Assembly: GCA_963681965.1 (NCBI GenBank)
Contig: OY820579.1
Location: 3,776,001 to 3,840,000 of the forward strand
Length of the DNA stretch: 64,000 bases
Direction: 5' to 3'
Source of the DNA: a bacterium
GTDB lineage: Bacteria > Electryoneota > JAOADG01
Shown in pieces: positions 51,507 through 60,834 of the stretch. The notes below the pieces were generated by a model. The model was not told where the DNA came from, did not search any database, and was given only the letters and a program-made list of their open reading frames with translations. Within the stretch, counting starts at the first letter, position 1, and each line of letters starts with the position of its first letter. The position numbers and the translations under genes are program-made.

Positions 51507-53870
51507 TTACCGGTAACAGTCCCACACTCGAATCGAAAGGTCGGAACCGCACACCGCCAAATGTGCACCATCGGGACTGATTGCCAGCGAGGTCACAATA
51601 TTCAAACCGGGATTCAAGGTGTACCGATACGTTCCATTCGCAATCGTCCAGAAATTAATGCTCCCGTTGCTTGGTGATGCACCGACGAGAAATGAATTCG
51701 ACGGGAAGAAACTGAAACCATTTCTCACGATCATCGTTGAAGGGGAATACATATGTCGAAGAATAGTCAAATCGGTCGCACTCAGAATCGCAATATCGAA
51801 TTGACATGCAACTGCGAGCATTGACCCGGAAGAATCGCAGCAAACCGCAGAAATATTTGTTAGTTCTTGATTTCGAAAGAGCGAACCATCGGAGATTCGG
51901 TACAGATAGATGTATCGATCGGAGTTGCAAATCAACATCGATCCGGATTGATTGAAATTGATGCCCTGTAATATCGAAGGATTGCTGATCGTCTGTTCGA
52001 GCGACCAGTCGGATGTTCGGTAGATTCGAACTTGGAATGAATTATACGCCAATACGGCGATTTTCGATCCATCGCGACTGACTGCCAACGCGACGATATT
52101 ACTGGTTTCTTGCGGAAAAGTATGACGCAGCGTTCCCGAAGGAACACTCCACAACTGCACGTAACCATCTGAAGTTCCGACATAGAGCAGGCTGTCGGAT
52201 AGACCGAATGTCAATGCAGTAATCACGTGTCCACTATTATCGATGGTGTTGATCGGGTTATTGGTATTTGTCCAGAGTCGAATCGTCGCATCGAATCCAC
52301 CACTCGCTAAAATGGATCCACTCGGACTATACCTGACACAATTGACCTGATCGCTGTGACCGGTCAGAACTGAAGGACTGTAACATGGAATTGGTGATAT
52401 TCGCTTGGTCACGCAGTCACTATTGTAAATTGAAACGACCGTCGAATCGTGAATAAAACCGGTTTTGTCAAAGTAGATAACATGATTGTAACCACTGCGA
52501 AGGCGCATCGTCGAAAATGTACCGGTCGACGAAGTATAAACGGTGTCAGCCGATTCAGCGCAGATTACGCGAACGTTAGCGACTGGCGTCTGATCGATTT
52601 CGTTGCAGACATACCCCGAAAGAATGCCGTAATTCGGGTAGAGCTGGGGATATAAAATCGCTGTATCATTTTCGGTAATTGCGACATTGTGATATGTTTG
52701 TCGCATATAGAATGAGCTGATTACTTCTAGATCGTAATATCCGACAGGAACGGAATCGAATTGGGCAATTCCTAAGGAATTCGTGTATGCGTCGCCATCC
52801 GCCGGCTCGGTAAGATGAAAGAGAATTGTATTGACGGGAAGTTGTCCGGAAGAATCCCGTGCGATCAAACGGAGCGATCCGACAGCTAAGTTAGTCATCG
52901 AAAAATTAACTTCGGCAGTGTCATTTTCAACCACATTGGCGAATTGCCGATTTTCTTCAAATCCAAAACCATTGGCAACAACCGAATATGTTCCGGTAGG
53001 AATATTGCGAAGGGAATACTTTCCATCCGAAGCGACATACACTGTATCAGATGGTGGAATTGTGGTGATTTTTACATTCGAACATCCATACCGGGATCGC
53101 GCCGGATTCGCTCTACCGGAAATCATCCCAACATCGACGGTGAAATCGATCATATGTGGAATTGTGGCATTGTACCGTACCTGATAATTACCATACCGGA
53201 GTAGACCGTGCCGGTAAATACAAACTTTCGGTGTGACATCGACATTGGTAATCGTAAAGAAACCGAATTGATCGCTGACCGTCATACTATCACGATAAGA
53301 GCCGGTTGAGATATATATTGGCAATCCTGAAATCGGGCTTGATGAGGAGTTGCGAATAACACCACCTAGCGTATTCAATCCTGCCGTCGGTTTGATCCAA
53401 AGATCGGCATAAGTCGATCGCGAATCGGAATCGAATGTGCTCCATTCCGTTCGCAGCACATTACCTTCCAGTTGTACTGTCATCAGCGTCGAATCGCCAT
53501 GCCGAAACGATGCATCCACGGAATCGAAATACATGACGAACCGATTGACCGATCGCCAAACCAAGCGTCCCAATTTCGTTCGGGAACTGTTATTGCTGTA
53601 ATAGGAATATGCATAGCTGCAGGAATCGGAGGCAATCGTCAACTCTTCAATTTTCATCCCCATCAAGCTACAACTGACAGTGTTGTTATATCGGAGTGTG
53701 GCGGTTGCGATGTGAATCCACGATCCTTGAAGTTGAGCGATCGAGTTTACCGGAATTCTGTTCGAATTGTTCACACTGTTATCGTCGTCTTTTTGGCAAC
53801 TAAATAAGAGGAGTGATCCGATCAGAACGATGATTGAAAACGTTAATCGGTGGAGATTGTAACGATTCAT
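51507..53870 (-). CDS. Lipoprotein with carboxypeptidase-regulatory-like repeats and a C-terminal WD40 propeller
   Basis: Lipobox LLFS-C; 'LTGHSDQVNCVRYSPSGSILASGGFDATIRLW', 'AISPDG...IRVWD'. Confidence 0.85.
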   Translation of the reverse strand: MNRYNLHRLTFSIIVLIGSLLLFSCQKDDDNSVNNSNRIPVNSIAQLQGSWIHIATATLRYNNTVSCSLMGMKIEELTIASDSCSYAYSYYSNNSSRTKLGRLVWRSVNRFVMYFDSVDASFRHGDSTLMTVQLEGNVLRTEWSTFDSDSRSTYADLWIKPTAGLNTLGGVIRNSSSSPISGLPIYISTGSYRDSMTVSDQFGFFTITNVDVTPKVCIYRHGLLRYGNYQVRYNATIPHMIDFTVDVGMISGRANPARSRYGCSNVKITTIPPSDTVYVASDGKYSLRNIPTGTYSVVANGFGFEENRQFANVVENDTAEVNFSMTNLAVGSLRLIARDSSGQLPVNTILFHLTEPADGDAYTNSLGIAQFDSVPVGYYDLEVISSFYMRQTYHNVAITENDTAILYPQLYPNYGILSGYVCNEIDQTPVANVRVICAESADTVYTSSTGTFSTMRLRSGYNHVIYFDKTGFIHDSTVVSIYNSDCVTKRISPIPCYSPSVLTGHSDQVNCVRYSPSGSILASGGFDATIRLWTNTNNPINTIDNSGHVITALTFGLSDSLLYVGTSDGYVQLWSVPSGTLRHTFPQETSNIVALAVSRDGSKIAVLAYNSFQVRIYRTSDWSLEQTISNPSILQGINFNQSGSMLICNSDRYIYLYRISDGSLFRNQELTNISAVCCDSSGSMLAVACQFDIAILSATDLTILRHMYSPSTMIVRNGFSFFPSNSFLVGASPSNGSINFWTIANGTYRYTLNPGLNIVTSLAISPDGAHLAVCGSDLSIRVWDCYR

Positions 53871-54038
53871 AGTAGCTCCGATATTTCGAAGGTTGGTAGT
53901 ATTTAAAATATACAATCTTATCGAAAGAAAAAAGCGCGTCTATCAATTATCAACAATTATTTCGGAATATCTCATTATTGGAGTGTACCTACAGGATGGG
54001 TGGTAGGTGATGGTTCGAGGGTGGTAGGTAAAAGAAGG

Positions 54039-54470
54039 GTAACGGCGGACTTTAGTCCGCATTATGTTTTCTGCGTAGCTGCAGGCTTCAGCCTGCGATT
54101 TTTTTCTTGATTTTTTTATCCTGCAGTAGGGGCGGGCTCCCACGCCCGCCCGATCATTTTTAGACACAAGAGGAGTCGGAATAGATAGGTATTGTGTGGT
54201 GGGAGAGGATACAAAAAGACACAAGAACGGGCCGGCTCCCACGCCCGCCCGATCATTTTTAGACACAAGAGGAGTCGGAATAAATTCCGACCTACACCAA
54301 TGCAATTGCAGACACAGGAGGTGGTCAGAACAAGTTCTGACCTACGTAAAAGAAAGCGCTCGCAGGCTCGAAGGTTCGTTGTTTTTTTCCGTAGGGGCGT
54401 ATGGCATACGCCCAAAGCGTCAGGCAGCGCCTGACGCCGTCTTTGGTGGCGCAGGCTCGAAGACTTGCGC
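54039..54470. repeat. REP cluster
   Basis: Same palindrome classes as the other clusters, with an internal partial duplication. Confidence 0.85.
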
Positions 54471-54521
54471 TCTTTGTAATCGGAGGTTAGACGCAGCCTG
54501 ACAATTCTAAATTGTAAGACG

Positions 54522-54553
54522 AAAAAAAAGGCGCAGCTTTCACTGCGCCTTTT
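54522..54553 (-). terminator. Intrinsic terminator of paralog 5
   Basis: AAAAGGCGCAG/CTGCGCCTTTT stem plus T-tract. Confidence 0.8.
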
Positions 54554-54570
54554 CTCTACAGAAAAACTAC

Positions 54571-57246
54571 TTACTTCATGAAGATTACTTTTTCGGTCTT
54601 GACAGTATGACCGGCAGTCATCTTGATAAAGTACACGCCACTCGCCAATCGGTTCGGACGCCAGGTAATACGCTGCTCGCCGGCATTGAACACGTTGTCG
54701 ACCAACGTGCCAACTTCCTTACCGGTGATGTCGTATGCCTTGATCGTTACGCGATCGCGCAACGGAATGGCAAATCGAATCGTGGTGTACGGATTGAACG
54801 GATTCGGATATGCCGGCTTCAACTGATAGGTCGAAACGACACTCTTCGTCGGATTTTCATTCACACCGGCAACGATATTGTAAGTCTGCCAAGTGATATC
54901 GCTCACCGTAGGATCGCGTTGAATCGAAATCCGGAACTTCACGTTAGTAGCATTCAAGTACGATTCATCCCAACGCCACATCATCGTATCGTTGGTAATC
55001 GGCGCTGTATTGATCAGCGACCACTGACCATTCGGATAATTGCGCATGACTTCGATCCGGACGGTGTCGGTCGTACGAATATCGCCATTGGTAGTGGTGT
55101 CGATATAATCCCACTGCAACGTGACGGGATTCGTCAAATATGAATTGGAAGGAAAGACCAATCGAATCGTTGCCAACGATAAATCGCGCGGTGCGTCGTC
55201 GGAAGAAATAATGTCGCTGACATTCGTATTGGCAAGCAGCGTAATCCGGAACCGGACACGCAGCAAGTTGTATTCTTCTTCGAATGCCCACGAGTAAGTC
55301 GTGTCGCTCGCCAATGGCGTGTCGATCAATTCCCACTCGCCGTCGGGATAATCGCGATTCAATTCGAGTTTGACATGGCAAGTATCGGCAATACGACGAT
55401 ACAACCAATTGAAGGTGATCGGGTTATTCAAGTACAAGCCGCCGGCAGGACCGGTAAAGCGCAAAATCGGCGCATTCGGGTCGAACCGATAACTGCAACG
55501 TAACGGCGGATAGTCCGGATACGTCAACGTGGCGGTGCTGTGAATGGCACTGCGTGCCACCGACGTCACGTATACTTGATTTTGCGTCCAGTCGTTCGCA
55601 AGCGGCGAACCGGTCTGCTGACCGTCGATCCATGCCGAACCACCGGAACGATCGTCGATGTACATAATGTAAAGCGAGTCGTTGTCGACCACTTCCGGCA
55701 TTGACGGCCAGATGCGGCTGTGCGCCGAACCGGATGCCGCACCGGCGTTATTCGTCGTGTCGGTAACCGGAGTCGGTTCATACCAGGTGGCACCGTTGTC
55801 GACCGAGTGCGTGACCCAGATATTCGCGCAAGCGTAACCGTTGGCGCTGGTGTCGACTTCGGAATCCTTGTTGCCGTACTGCGAATAGGCACAATACAAT
55901 TCGTTGTTGGTCGCAACCGAAATGCTCATGCGGTCGATCGTCGTGCGATATTCCTGACGCCAGCGTGGCGGCGTACGTCCATCGTATACAATCGGCCACC
56001 ACCAACCGTCGGCGACGATCGAGAAAGTATCGGGAGCGGCACTTGACCAGTGATACATATAAGTCGGCATAAATTCGACGCGCCATACCGGCGGAACGCG
56101 CGGTCGGACAGTCGTGTCGGTGGACAAGTCTTCCAGGAACCGGTTGACGGTGAAGACGATGTGCAAGTTGTCGTTGTTGTCGTAAACCATTGCAGTCGCA
56201 TTGAAGAAGCGGAACGTATCGCCTGCTGCCCAAAGCGTGTCAAGGTTTTCCGACTGCGTGAAGCGATCCCAGTTCCAGACGCGGAATTTCGTGATATTGT
56301 TGTGCAGCGTATCGTCGAAGTTCCATGACGCGCCGCCATCGGTCGACTGCGCAGCCCACAAGTCGTTGTTGTAATCGCTCACGAGGAAGCCGCTCCAGCC
56401 GTGCAAATCTTCGTAACCGCCGGGAATGGCGGTTTGCGGCCATGCGACTGCAACTTTATTGGAAATGCGCGAAGTCGCCATCGCATACGACGGCATGAAG
56501 CAACGGAATGCATAGGAGAATGCGGACGGATTCGATTGATTGGCATCGGTACGGCTGTAATAAATACGGGCGTATTCAATATTTCTGCCACCGTCTTTGT
56601 TGCGTGCGAACATGTGTCCGACATTATTGCGATCCATCGCAACGCTCGGCCAGTTGATCGAGTCGTTGGGAAGTGTCGCGGGATTCGGAATAATTTGAGT
56701 TCGGAAACCGGAAATCTGGTAGTCTTCGTCGACTGCGATCAGCGACATGAATCCGGGAGGGTTGCCGGTCGGTTCGTGTGCACCGATCACGGCGCGACCG
56801 TCGGTCAGTATTTCCTGCTGGCTGAAGCCGGCACCGGCTGCGACTGCAGAACCGGGGATCGACCATGCGCCGTTCGGCGGTTCGCGGAAGTTGTAAGAGA
56901 CCACGCGGTCGGTCGAGCTATTCGGCGTGCGGTGGTTCATCCACGATGTGTGAAGACCGCCCATCGTGTCGCGTTGGATCAGACGGTTGTGGGAACCGTA
57001 TGAGAAAAAGTCGGTATAAGTAGTACCAATTTGCACCGTCGAGTTGACTTCGTCGACTGACCGTACCGGACCAACGGGTGCCGGAGGCAGTGGATGATTC
57101 AACGGAACCGGCGCTGGATCCTGTAATAGTTGGCGCGACATCGACGGAGTACGGGGATCGCTGAGATGCTGTTTCCGTACGCCGAACGCTACTGCAACCA
57201 ATCCCAACACCAACAGCACTAACACTATCTTAGCTGGTATTTTCAT
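54571..57246 (-). CDS. Secreted Asp-box protein with T9SS-like CTD, paralog 5 (891 aa)
   Basis: Signal peptide; RBS region nearly identical to paralog 4; same core; CTD. Confidence 0.87.
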   Translation of the reverse strand: MKIPAKIVLVLLVLGLVAVAFGVRKQHLSDPRTPSMSRQLLQDPAPVPLNHPLPPAPVGPVRSVDEVNSTVQIGTTYTDFFSYGSHNRLIQRDTMGGLHTSWMNHRTPNSSTDRVVSYNFREPPNGAWSIPGSAVAAGAGFSQQEILTDGRAVIGAHEPTGNPPGFMSLIAVDEDYQISGFRTQIIPNPATLPNDSINWPSVAMDRNNVGHMFARNKDGGRNIEYARIYYSRTDANQSNPSAFSYAFRCFMPSYAMATSRISNKVAVAWPQTAIPGGYEDLHGWSGFLVSDYNNDLWAAQSTDGGASWNFDDTLHNNITKFRVWNWDRFTQSENLDTLWAAGDTFRFFNATAMVYDNNDNLHIVFTVNRFLEDLSTDTTVRPRVPPVWRVEFMPTYMYHWSSAAPDTFSIVADGWWWPIVYDGRTPPRWRQEYRTTIDRMSISVATNNELYCAYSQYGNKDSEVDTSANGYACANIWVTHSVDNGATWYEPTPVTDTTNNAGAASGSAHSRIWPSMPEVVDNDSLYIMYIDDRSGGSAWIDGQQTGSPLANDWTQNQVYVTSVARSAIHSTATLTYPDYPPLRCSYRFDPNAPILRFTGPAGGLYLNNPITFNWLYRRIADTCHVKLELNRDYPDGEWELIDTPLASDTTYSWAFEEEYNLLRVRFRITLLANTNVSDIISSDDAPRDLSLATIRLVFPSNSYLTNPVTLQWDYIDTTTNGDIRTTDTVRIEVMRNYPNGQWSLINTAPITNDTMMWRWDESYLNATNVKFRISIQRDPTVSDITWQTYNIVAGVNENPTKSVVSTYQLKPAYPNPFNPYTTIRFAIPLRDRVTIKAYDITGKEVGTLVDNVFNAGEQRITWRPNRLASGVYFIKMTAGHTVKTEKVIFMK

Positions 57247-57661
57247 GATAACTCCTTTCCGAAGTTACTGAGTAAGCATGTGAGTTACCGCTTTAACAAA
57301 AAAAGTACCAAAATTGTACAGATGTAACAACCCTGTTCAATAGTTAGCAGATAATATATAGAAGAACTTGCGAAATCCCTCATCGAGTGCGATCAAAATT
57401 CGCACGAATTAACAATTAGATAAAAAAACGCCTCGACTCCCTCTAAGGGAGGCGCTCACCTACAGTGATACGGTTGCGACGCCGTTGCAATTGTGATTCT
57501 TGCACATCATTTTTTTCGCTCATTTTTTTGGATCCATCCGACCGGGAAAAGATTAAAAACGATTCAATCGTCTTGCGAAAGTTTCGAGGATTAGCTTAGT
57601 TTATCGAAATAATGCGCTACTGGAGAAAAAATGGAGCCGTTAGTATAATCAATTTCGTGCA

Positions 57662-57892
57662 ATGCAAGGATTTTCTTATCGATTCGAAGTTACCAATCGA
57701 AAACTACTCACCCGTGATTTTGATACAACAACTCCTTGGATAAATCCAATCGACTCTATCACTCTTGCCCGCGTTAATGAAGCCTCTCAAGAACTCAACC
57801 TACCCGAATCCGAGATTCGCGCTCGCTACGAAGCGATCGCCGAGAAAATTCCGATCAAATTGGCGTGGAAACCGGAAACTTGGAATCGATAG
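57662..57892 (+). CDS. Hypothetical protein (76 aa)
   Basis: ATG-started ORF convergent with the MetE-like gene; TATAAT upstream; weak RBS. Confidence 0.45.
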   Translation: MQGFSYRFEVTNRKLLTRDFDTTTPWINPIDSITLARVNEASQELNLPESEIRARYEAIAEKIPIKLAWKPETWNR

Positions 57893-57898
57893 CGAAAA

Positions 57899-59080
57899 TT
57901 ATTTGGAATATTTATTGCGCAGAATCTTCGCCGCTTCTACTATCTGGCGGAGCTTTGCTGTGGCGGTGGCATCGTCGTTGACACAGCGATTGGAGAAGGT
58001 CCCGAAACCGCAATCGGGATTGAGGAAAATCTTTTCCGGTGGGAAAAATTCCAGCGCGCGTTCGACGCGCTGCACGATCGTAGCGACCGGCTCGATATCG
58101 TAGCCGCGCGGATTCACTACGCCCAGCCCCAATTCGCGACCGCGTAATTCCTGAGCGACTGCCGACAATTCACCCGCCCGCGGCGTGGCAAATTCCAGCA
58201 CAAATTGATCGACATTCATCCGCGCCAGTGCCGGTGCAAGCGGTGCATAATCGCCCGTGAGCAACACCTCGTCGCAACGACTCCAGTTGCCACGGCAAAT
58301 ATGAATCCCCGTACGAATCCCGCTCACCCCGTGTACCACACGGTTGATCAGTTCGACAGCGTAGTCGAGTTCCGCACCCGCGTCCCGGCGGGTCGCCAAC
58401 GTCGCTCACATGAAAGTGCGGCGATCCTTCTCCTTCGAGAGGATGACTTCCGTCAATACCGGTTCGTCGAATTGCACCATCGCACAACCGGCATCGCGCA
58501 GCTCCGTCAATTCGTCGTGCAACATCGCTACGATGTCGTCCGCCATGTCGGTTTTGTCGCGATACGCCGATTTCGAATAAGCGGTCACCCACATCGAGCG
58601 CGTCAACAGATACGGTCCGGGCAATGTCGCCTTCACCGGTAAATCGGTGAGACTCGCAACATACTCGAATTCGCGCACCGCCAACGGTTCGCGCCGCGAC
58701 AGCTTACCGGTACAGGTCGGATTCCGAATCGCCGACGCCGGTACATCCAGCGTCGCCAACATCTCTTCGAATCCGGCTTTGTCCTCGACGGTATCGAGCA
58801 TATCCGCCAGCGACATCAACGCCGCGCCATCCACCCGCTCGGTCAGGAACGAATAGAAATTGTCGCGATGATGTTCGCCATCGACCACCAAATCGACGCC
58901 GGCATCTTCCTGAATCCGAATTGTCCGCGCAATTTCTTCACGCGCAATCTGCTCGAATTCCGGAGTCGCCAGTTTCCCGACGCGACGATCGCGCAACGCG
59001 CGCAACATCTTCTCGGACCGGATCCACGAACCGACTTGTGTCACTGGAAATAGCGGTAGTTTGCGTGTTGCCGTCTTCAT
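57899..59080 (-). CDS. Cobalamin-independent methionine synthase II (MetE C-terminal-like) family protein with in-frame UGA at codon 225 (predicted selenocysteine)
   Basis: ORFs 58406..59080 and 57899..58399 share one frame (RTFM-TGA-ATLATRR). The joined 393-aa protein has VGSW, DGE, LPGP, QFDEP, HICRGNW, VLEF, NPDCGF. Confidence 0.8.
58374..58408 (-). promoter_or_regulatory. SECIS-like hairpin after the in-frame UGA
   Basis: UGA-GCGACGUUG-GC(G)ACCCGC-CGGGAC-GCGGGUGC; apical loop begins 18 nt after UGA with G at loop position 2. Confidence 0.65.
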
Positions 59081-59823
59081 ACCACCACCATCTTCGTTGT
59101 GAGTTCAGTTGCTTTCGCGAGCGTCGTTGCCAATGGTGAGCGCCGCAGTGTATCGTCCCACGCTCCGCGTAAAATTTTCTCGTCCGCGAAACTGGTGACG
59201 TAACACTTCAACTCGATTGCCGCGAACGACGGATCGCCGTCCTCGCTGCCAAGATGCGCCATGACATTGTGCAGTCGTCCGTTGACCGTGATTTCGACAT
59301 CGTCGACTTCCAACTGTCGTCGCGAACAGGCACCGAAGTAACCCGTTGCCAAATCGCCTGCAAGTGCTGACAGTAGGTATTCCACCGCCGACGGATGCGC
59401 ATCGCGTTCTTCGAAACTGGCGGCTTGACCGATGTCGAGCGCGAAGTTGCGAAAGTACGCGCTGCTCTTCTGTCCGCCGGTTGATCGTACCCGTACGCGC
59501 CATTCATAGGCTTTCGCACGTTCGCGATCGGCTGCCAGTTGACACGCTTCCTCCGCGGCGATTTTCGCACCGCGTCGCACGAAGTAACGCATGGTCCGTT
59601 CACCCGGAAGACTTCCAAGGAACTCGTGACCGACCATCCGGCACCACGGCGGTAAATCGTCAGCCACCGTCGATTCGCTGCTGCGCATTTCGAGGATGCC
59701 GTCCACCGGTACGCGAAGCATCGCTTCCCGGATCAACAGCACCAGTCCCGAACCGCAGTCGAGGTCGCCGCCATCGAACAGGTGATCGGCGTTCAAAGTA
59801 CGGAGTGTCGATTCATCCAGCAT
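59077..59823 (-). CDS. TusA/SirA-like sulfur carrier fused to an OsmC-like domain
   Basis: N-terminal 'FDGGDLDCG...DDLPPWCRMVGH'; C-terminal 'PSAVEYLLSALAG...VEITVNG...RSPLATTL'. Confidence 0.82.
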   Translation of the reverse strand: MLDESTLRTLNADHLFDGGDLDCGSGLVLLIREAMLRVPVDGILEMRSSESTVADDLPPWCRMVGHEFLGSLPGERTMRYFVRRGAKIAAEEACQLAADRERAKAYEWRVRVRSTGGQKSSAYFRNFALDIGQAASFEERDAHPSAVEYLLSALAGDLATGYFGACSRRQLEVDDVEITVNGRLHNVMAHLGSEDGDPSFAAIELKCYVTSFADEKILRGAWDDTLRRSPLATTLAKATELTTKMVVV

Positions 59824-59829
59824 GATGTA

Positions 59830-60195
59830 TTAGTAGCACACGCAGGGCGAACCGTTCGACAGCCATTCGACCAATGCCGCGCCGCCAGCCGGTTGCGCGC
59901 CTGCGATCAGCATATCGTCGGTGATGTTCCGCTTCTTCATACACGGTGTGCAGACATAAATCTTGCCGCCGCCGTTGACGAATTTTTCGATCAATTCGTT
60001 CAAGGGCAGGAACGGAGCACCGGCATTCACTTTCGCCGCTTCCCCTTTGGCAGCTGCCCAGACGCCATCGGCACTCAAAAACACCATCGTGTCTTTTTCG
60101 CTGCCGAGAGCCGCATTCGCAACCACAAAACCGAGGGTTGCCTTGTCTTCGTTGTCGTGGGTATGGGTAATACTCACACAGAAGGTCTTGCTCAT
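59830..60195 (-). CDS. DsrE family protein
   Basis: VFLSADGV, GGKIYVCTPCMKKR, AGGAALVE; ATG 60195 overlaps upstream TGA. Confidence 0.88.
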   Translation of the reverse strand: MSKTFCVSITHTHDNEDKATLGFVVANAALGSEKDTMVFLSADGVWAAAKGEAAKVNAGAPFLPLNELIEKFVNGGGKIYVCTPCMKKRNITDDMLIAGAQPAGGAALVEWLSNGSPCVCY

Positions 60196-60443
60196 TCGTT
60201 GTCTCCTGATTCGGATTTCTTTTGAATCAAATAGAATGGGTGTTGCTTGATCAGTAGTGCGTTGCCCGTCGACCAGCACCACGCCGGAATATCGATGCCG
60301 GCTCCGCTGTCGAGTGCGCGTACGCATACTTTCGGCGAACCGGACAGCGTCTTGAAATACGCCAGCAGGTCGCAGATCAGCGTGCTGCAACTCTTGTCGC
60401 CGCCGTCATAGGTAACGTCGTATTGCCAATCGTCGGGGTACAT
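60192..60443 (-). CDS. TusA/SirA-like small sulfur carrier
   Basis: 'YDGGDKSC...DIPAWCWSTGNAL', 83 aa from ATG 60443. Confidence 0.78.
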   Translation of the reverse strand: MYPDDWQYDVTYDGGDKSCSTLICDLLAYFKTLSGSPKVCVRALDSGAGIDIPAWCWSTGNALLIKQHPFYLIQKKSESGDNE

Positions 60444-60834
60444 CGAAAATTCTCGAAAGAAACAAGAGGATGAATGTAGTGGAGAGAATTGCAAATCGAA
60501 AGTCGAAACATTCTTCTGCAAAAAATATTGTGTAAGGAATAGTCAATACTAAACACGCACTACTACCGTGTGAATTTAATTCCAGCGAATATCACGAATT
60601 CCGTTCGCGAAGCGGGACGCGAGTGTTTATTCCGATCATTTTACCGTCCTCGAACATACCTCTTCGACGCCTGGAGTCGGCTCCAGAAGTGCCGCAGTTC
60701 ATTGTTTCGCGTGCAAATAGTTTTTTGCGCACTGATCCGATGGGCAATAATTCTAAGACCTGTTTGCTGAGATCGATCTCTACTCGCGTATCGATGTCAT
60801 TGCGATTCTAATCGAGGATGTGTGAAAATATTCT

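Noticed and set aside
40293-57246. Diversity-generating retroelement or shufflon acting on the paralogs
   Set aside because: No reverse transcriptase or recombinase is in the window, differences are not adenine-specific, and all copies are full-length and co-oriented.
58406-58408. Alternative genetic code (UGA=Trp/Gly) as the explanation of the in-frame TGA
   Set aside because: Many genes here end at TGA at natural C-termini or with ATGA coupling, and I saw no other gene with an internal TGA.
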